Below, piece after piece: positions 58,930 through 64,000 of a stretch of DNA of 64,000 bases (positions are counted from its first letter, which is position 1; every line of letters starts with the position of its first letter). The stretch is taken from the IMG/VR virus record IMGVR_UViG_3300037606_000137, positions 1 through 64,000 of that record; one strand, given 5' to 3'. Made by a program: the position numbers and the translations under genes. Origin of the DNA: a virus. A model generated the notes under the pieces. That model did not search any database and had not been told where the DNA came from. It worked only from the letters and a program-made list of their open reading frames with translations.

Positions 58930-59448
58930 ATGAATAAAGAAATTAACATAGTTTATATGGATTTTGATGGTTGCATTGCAGATACCCCACATCATGATTT
59001 TGGTAAACAACAATGGTCTGATTATTACGGTATACCATATCCACATATTGGTTGGTGGGGCAGATTAGAATCAATGGATCCTGTTGCATTTAATATTAAA
59101 ACACATCCAGAACAACATGCAGAATGGATTAAATATAATGCTTTAGGGTATAAATCATATATTCATACATCACGTCAACCGAAATTTGAACCATTAATTG
59201 CTGGTATTTTAAAAAATAACAATATAAATGTTGATGGTATTTTAACAGTTAAAGGAAACATTACTAAAGGTGAAAGAATTTTACTAGAAGTTAAATCGTT
59301 TATTGAAAATGGTTATGTTGTAAAAAATGTTGTTTTTTTCGATGATAGACAAAAAGAAATTGTTACAGTAGAAGCAGTTAAAGAAGAATTAAATCAACTA
59401 GGTGTATTAATCGATATTATTAAAGTAGAATCTGATGCATTAGATTAA
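58930..59448 (+). CDS. HAD-superfamily phosphatase (RNA-repair type)
   Basis: MDFDG...TP, WW, TSR, K, FFDDR. Confidence 0.75.
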   Translation: MNKEINIVYMDFDGCIADTPHHDFGKQQWSDYYGIPYPHIGWWGRLESMDPVAFNIKTHPEQHAEWIKYNALGYKSYIHTSRQPKFEPLIAGILKNNNINVDGILTVKGNITKGERILLEVKSFIENGYVVKNVVFFDDRQKEIVTVEAVKEELNQLGVLIDIIKVESDALD

Positions 59449-59535
59449 TTCAAAATGAAATAAAATAAAATTTATAACCTTGATAATATTATCAAGGTTT
59501 TTTTTAAACAAAAAATTAATAATTCATATAAATGT

Positions 59536-59769
59536 ATGTTAAATGAAACAGAAAATTTATTAGCGCTTGTAAACAATGATGCTAAAGTAAAACAAATTAA
59601 AAGAGCAATAAGATTAAATAAATTTTTAAAAATTAAAAAAATTTTAAAAATTATTGTATTAATATTTTTAGGTGTTGTATTATTATTTTTTCCTGTTCAA
59701 ACTGGTACAATTATTGGTACATGGATAAATGAATTTTTTGTAACAATTTATAAAAATATTATTAAATAA
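59536..59769 (+). CDS. small membrane protein
   Basis: One TM helix. Confidence 0.55.
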   Translation: MLNETENLLALVNNDAKVKQIKRAIRLNKFLKIKKILKIIVLIFLGVVLLFFPVQTGTIIGTWINEFFVTIYKNIIK

Positions 59770-59773
59770 AAGA

Positions 59774-60448
59774 ATGGAAAACGCAAAAGACATAGCTGAA
59801 GAGTTATATAGAAGTTTTAAATCTCAAGTACTTTGGAAAGAAGTTGATTTTAAACGTATTGAAAAATTCAAAAAGATTATATCTCGTAGGTTTATATTAG
59901 AATTAAATACAGAAGTTCAAAAATTATCTATTAGTAGTGAAGAAATTATAGAAATAAAAAAAGTTGCTGATACATTAGTTTTACCAACAGATAATTTAGT
60001 TCAAGTAGATCATCAAACACTATTACAAAGAATTGTTGAAGCACAAGATGAACAATTTAATATAAATGAAAATAATATAATTGAAAACGATTTTCCTACT
60101 CAAGGTATAGATGCAGCTAAAGTACTTATGTCTGAATTAAATAAAGCTGTAAATTTGTTAAAAGATAAAAGATATTTTATTACAATTGAATGTGATGGAA
60201 TTATTAAAAAACCAAATTTTCAATTATTTAAAGATGCAGATATAATTGAAAAAAATTTTAGAACAGATCAAATAACACGACAAAGATCAATATTTAAAGG
60301 ATATGTTGATACACATGATAGAGTAAATATATATGAAACAATAAAAGAATATTTTATAAATGCTGGTATATCTGATATAATCGAAGTTTCTATTGATGAA
60401 ATACCTGTACGATATAAAGATATTTGGCAAAATAGAACAAAATTATAA
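59774..60448 (+). CDS. hypothetical protein
   Basis: 224-aa ORF. Confidence 0.6.
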   Translation: MENAKDIAEELYRSFKSQVLWKEVDFKRIEKFKKIISRRFILELNTEVQKLSISSEEIIEIKKVADTLVLPTDNLVQVDHQTLLQRIVEAQDEQFNINENNIIENDFPTQGIDAAKVLMSELNKAVNLLKDKRYFITIECDGIIKKPNFQLFKDADIIEKNFRTDQITRQRSIFKGYVDTHDRVNIYETIKEYFINAGISDIIEVSIDEIPVRYKDIWQNRTKL

Positions 60449-60493
60449 ATAATATAAAAAAATTCAACACATGTTGGATTTTTTTGTTTATAT

Positions 60494-60901
60494 TTGTTTA
60501 ATAAAAAAATAAAAAATATGCAAAAAAATGTTAGTGTTGTATTGATTAACGAGCACGGTAACGTGTTATGTGTTTCAAGAAAAGATAATCATTTAGATTT
60601 TGGAATGCCTGCTGGAAAAGTTGATGATACTGATTTAAATGAATTGGAAGCAGCTCATCGTGAAGTAAAAGAAGAAACCGGATTAGATATAAATAATTTA
60701 AGATTGATTTATGCTAATTGTGAAAATGAATCTATGGGATATACATATTTAGCAGATTATTCAGGTGTAATTGAGTTTAACGAACCACATGTTGTTAAAT
60801 GGGGTTCATTTAAAGATTTAATTGCTGGAACTTTCAGTAAATGGAATGAAAATGTATACAATTCATTAATTGAAATGAAAATTAATGTAAATATTAAATA
60901 A
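60494..60901 (+). CDS. Nudix hydrolase (likely start 60518)
   Basis: PAGKVD......EAAHREVKEETGL Nudix box. Confidence 0.9.
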   Translation: MFNKKIKNMQKNVSVVLINEHGNVLCVSRKDNHLDFGMPAGKVDDTDLNELEAAHREVKEETGLDINNLRLIYANCENESMGYTYLADYSGVIEFNEPHVVKWGSFKDLIAGTFSKWNENVYNSLIEMKINVNIK

Positions 60902-60966
60902 AATATTTTTTATTCAAAAAGTTTAGTATATTTGTCGAGTATAAATTAAATAAATTAAAATATAAT

Positions 60967-61890
60967 ATGTCAAAATTTAACATTCATGCAAAATTAACAA
61001 TAATTGAACAGGATTCAATTGATAAATATTTACAAGAATTGCGTTTAGATAAAACAACTACGCCGTTATCTCGAGCTGAACAAAATAGTTTATTTAGTCA
61101 ATACAAAATGACAGGTGACAAACTAATTAAAGATCGTTTAATTAAATCAAATTTACGATGGGTTATATCTGTTGCAAAACAATATACTTATACAAAAGTT
61201 AAATTAGCAGATTTAATTAATGAAGGAAATATTGGTATGATTGAAGCAATAGATAAATTTGATGTTTCTCGAGAAACGTCATTTATTACATTTGCGACAA
61301 ATTACATTAGATTAGCTATAACATCATATATTAATGACGTTGCTGTAGATATTCCACAACCAGCTAATCGTTTTAGAATTAATCGTTTAATTAAAAAAGC
61401 ATTATTAGATTTAAAAATATGTGGAAACAATACACCATCAGATTATCAATTAGTTGAATATTATGCATCAATTAAAAAACAATGTGATCCAATTTTAAGT
61501 GTTTCATTATTGAATGAAGTAAGAAACAATTCTAAAGATTTTGTATCAATGCATACAAGTGTATCATCTAGTAGTGAAGATTATGAATTAATTGATACAT
61601 TTAAATCTTCAAAAGAATGGAATGCAGATTTTGAAATGGAAAAAACTGAAAAAACAAATATTTTAAATGAATATTTAAAAAAACATTTAAATGAGCGTGA
61701 ATTAGAAATTATAACAATGTCATTTGGTTTAATCACACAACTGTCAATGACAAATGAAGAAATTTCATTTCGAACAGGATATACTCGTGAAAGAGTTGGA
61801 CAAATCATAAAAGAAGGTGTTAAAAAATTAAGTAAAAATAAAAACATTTTAAATGGTTTAAGTGAAACAAACTATAGCATTGTTTCTTAA
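60967..61890 (+). CDS. RpoD/SigA-like sigma-70 factor
   Basis: IDKYLQE, SNLRWVISVAK.Y, DLINEGNIGM.EA..KFD, TRERV.QI. Confidence 0.92.
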   Translation: MSKFNIHAKLTIIEQDSIDKYLQELRLDKTTTPLSRAEQNSLFSQYKMTGDKLIKDRLIKSNLRWVISVAKQYTYTKVKLADLINEGNIGMIEAIDKFDVSRETSFITFATNYIRLAITSYINDVAVDIPQPANRFRINRLIKKALLDLKICGNNTPSDYQLVEYYASIKKQCDPILSVSLLNEVRNNSKDFVSMHTSVSSSSEDYELIDTFKSSKEWNADFEMEKTEKTNILNEYLKKHLNERELEIITMSFGLITQLSMTNEEISFRTGYTRERVGQIIKEGVKKLSKNKNILNGLSETNYSIVS

Positions 61891-61904
61891 AAAAATAAAA
61901 TAAT

Positions 61905-61933
61905 AAACCCCACACTTTTATGTGTGGGGTTTA
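61905..61933 (+). terminator. intrinsic terminator
   Basis: aaaccccacac-ttttat-gtgtggggttt. Confidence 0.7.
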
Positions 61934-61966
61934 ATTTATATAATTGTTTAGATATTAAAAAAATAT

Positions 61967-62452
61967 ATGGAGAGTAATTATACTGATTGTTTACAATATA
62001 TACCAGATTTAAAAAAATATGTTAAAAAATGTGTAGGCGGAAGTGAATGGGAAGATGTTGTACAAGATACATTGTTATATTTATTTTTAAAGTATGATAA
62101 TATTAATGTTACAAATGTTAAAGGTTTATTAATAAATACATCACTATTTTTTATAAAAAAACATTTATCATATAATAGTAAAGTAAATACGTGTGAAATT
62201 AATGATACAAATATTATTATAGATTATAATAATGCAAATATTAAAATTGGAAAATATAATTCTATTTTAATAGATGATACATTATTTAATAATATTAATA
62301 GAGTATCAAAATCTTTATTTATACCATTCCAAATGCAATTAAATGGTAAATCTATAGAAAGTATAGCTAAAGTATTAAAAATAAATGAAAACACTATTAA
62401 AACACGAATAAGACGGTGTAAGTCTGTATTAAGAGAAAATATAATATTATGA
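61967..62452 (+). CDS. ECF-type sigma factor
   Basis: EDVVQDT; G.S.ESIA..L.I.ENTIKTRIRR. Confidence 0.8.
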   Translation: MESNYTDCLQYIPDLKKYVKKCVGGSEWEDVVQDTLLYLFLKYDNINVTNVKGLLINTSLFFIKKHLSYNSKVNTCEINDTNIIIDYNNANIKIGKYNSILIDDTLFNNINRVSKSLFIPFQMQLNGKSIESIAKVLKINENTIKTRIRRCKSVLRENIIL

Positions 62453-63342
62453 ATAATAAATTAAAATTAGATGATCGTATGAAACAATACGAACATATTA
62501 ATAGAAACTATTTAATTCCTAACATGTATAATGTTATTCGTTTAGATGGTAAAGCTTTTCATACATATACAAAGCAATTTATTAAACCATTTGATGATGT
62601 ATTTATTAATGCAATGAATGAAACTGCAAAATATATATGTGAAACAATGCAAGGTGCAAAATTTGCTTTTGTACAAAGTGATGAAATATCTATATATTTT
62701 ACAGATACTGATAACCATGAACAACAATTATGGTTTGGTGGTAATATACAAAAAATAGTATCAGTAGCAGCATCTAAAGCAGCAGCAAAATTTAACCAAA
62801 TTATATTTTTACATAATTCAAAATCTACAATAGAAGAATTACAACAACTACAATTAGCCGAATTTGATGCTCGCGTTTTTCAATTACCAAACAAACATGA
62901 ATTATTAAATTGTTTTATTTGGAGACAAGAAGATTGTATTAGAAATAGTGTATCTACTGTAGCACAATATTTTTATTCTACAAAAGAATTACATAAAAAA
63001 ACAGTAAAAGATATGAAAACTATGCTACTTGAAAGTGGTAGAGCATGGGAAAATTATAATTCAAAATATAAAAATGGTAGATTTATTTCTAAAGAAATTT
63101 ATATAAATGATATTTTAGTTGGTGATAATGAAACAGAAATTCGGTACCAACCAGATAATGAAGGTATTTTTAAATCTAAATATGGTAGAGCATTACAATT
63201 AAACACGTCTGAAAATGATGAAATTGATTGGTGTGATATTAAAATTAAAAAAATGAGATCTTTTTGGAATATTTCTAATGCTAATATATTTTTAAACGTT
63301 AGAGAAACATTAATAAAAAAATATTTTCATAATGATAAATAA
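62449..63342 (+). CDS. thg1: tRNA-His guanylyltransferase (Thg1 / Thg1-like)
   Basis: IRLDGKAFH, QSDEIS, FDAR, WRQ.DC.RN. Confidence 0.93.
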   Translation: MNNKLKLDDRMKQYEHINRNYLIPNMYNVIRLDGKAFHTYTKQFIKPFDDVFINAMNETAKYICETMQGAKFAFVQSDEISIYFTDTDNHEQQLWFGGNIQKIVSVAASKAAAKFNQIIFLHNSKSTIEELQQLQLAEFDARVFQLPNKHELLNCFIWRQEDCIRNSVSTVAQYFYSTKELHKKTVKDMKTMLLESGRAWENYNSKYKNGRFISKEIYINDILVGDNETEIRYQPDNEGIFKSKYGRALQLNTSENDEIDWCDIKIKKMRSFWNISNANIFLNVRETLIKKYFHNDK

Positions 63343-63718
63343 TACAAATAAATTTATAATTATAAATGATAATCTAATTTCAATCAGTGATATTGTATTA
63401 ATTAAACCTGCATTATATCATAATGGATATTCTGCATCATTTTCAATTATATTTAATAATAATAATATTGAATTGAATCAATATTATTATTATAATGAGT
63501 TTAGTAATAATTATGATAATTCTCCAACAGTCACTAAAAACATTATTAAAAACTCTATATTAGATTTTTTAAATGATGAAATATTAAAATTTAAATTTTT
63601 ATTAATAAATAATGACATTAATAAAAATTTAAATTATTTACAAACAAGTGATTTAAAAGAAAAATATGAAAAATGTGAAATTTATGAAAATATGATAAAT
63701 GATGTTAATAATTTATAA
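63332..63718 (+). CDS. hypothetical protein
   Basis: 128-aa ORF. Confidence 0.55.
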   Translation: MINNTNKFIIINDNLISISDIVLIKPALYHNGYSASFSIIFNNNNIELNQYYYYNEFSNNYDNSPTVTKNIIKNSILDFLNDEILKFKFLLINNDINKNLNYLQTSDLKEKYEKCEIYENMINDVNNL

Positions 63719-63727
63719 AATAAATAT

Positions 63728-64000
63728 ATGAAAATAATAATAGATAATGATGGTGATGCAATTTTCTTACATAAAGAAAATATTAAGAGTATTTCAAAAA
63801 TAAAAAGTAATAGTTCTTATCTTTATTTTAATGTTAATTGGATAGATGGAGCAGAGAATTCATTTATTTTTGAATATTCAAATTATGATATGGATAAAGA
63901 TATTTTATTAAATAAAATATCAAAAATACGTTTAGATATACTTAGTGATTTAAATGGTGGAATTAATCCTGAAATAATGTTTCCGGAAATTAATTTAAAA
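63728..64000 (+). CDS. hypothetical protein, 3' partial
   Basis: Open from ATG 63728 (MKIIIDNDGDAIF...) to the window end. Confidence 0.55.
   Translation, partial: MKIIIDNDGDAIFLHKENIKSISKIKSNSSYLYFNVNWIDGAENSFIFEYSNYDMDKDILLNKISKIRLDILSDLNGGINPEIMFPEINLK

Overview
Very AT-rich 64 kb segment of a jumbo T4-like myophage, probably infecting a Bacteroidota host (many TAnnTTTG promoter boxes). Core genes: RNase H, probable clamp loader and sliding clamp, gp3-like tail terminator, large terminase, 1273-aa tail sheath, lysozyme, type IIA topoisomerase, two sigma factors and an S1-domain protein. Both the terminase and the topoisomerase are fractured by split inteins. Accessory genes include five homing-endonuclease-like genes, PARP, NAMPT plus an NMNAT-like enzyme, an HDAC-family deacetylase, Thg1, 2H and HAD phosphoesterases, GH16 and Trp-repeat proteins. 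The most striking feature is unannotated. A six-tRNA operon (Trp, Asn, Phe, His, Lys, Lys; minus strand, 28091-28921) sits behind a 25-codon leader peptide whose codons 2-16 are only Lys/Asn/Phe/His/Trp. The leader is followed by mutually exclusive antiterminator and terminator pairings. This looks like a ribosome-stalling attenuator that turns on phage tRNAs when those same tRNAs are depleted. The His and Asn tRNAs carry long variable arms, and tRNA-His lacks an encoded G-1 while the phage encodes Thg1. A second RNA island (31.8-35.2 kb) holds a ~700-nt ncRNA candidate and a series of tRNA-like RNAs with deleted or remodelled anticodon arms. All calls were made by eye from motifs; no database searches were run.
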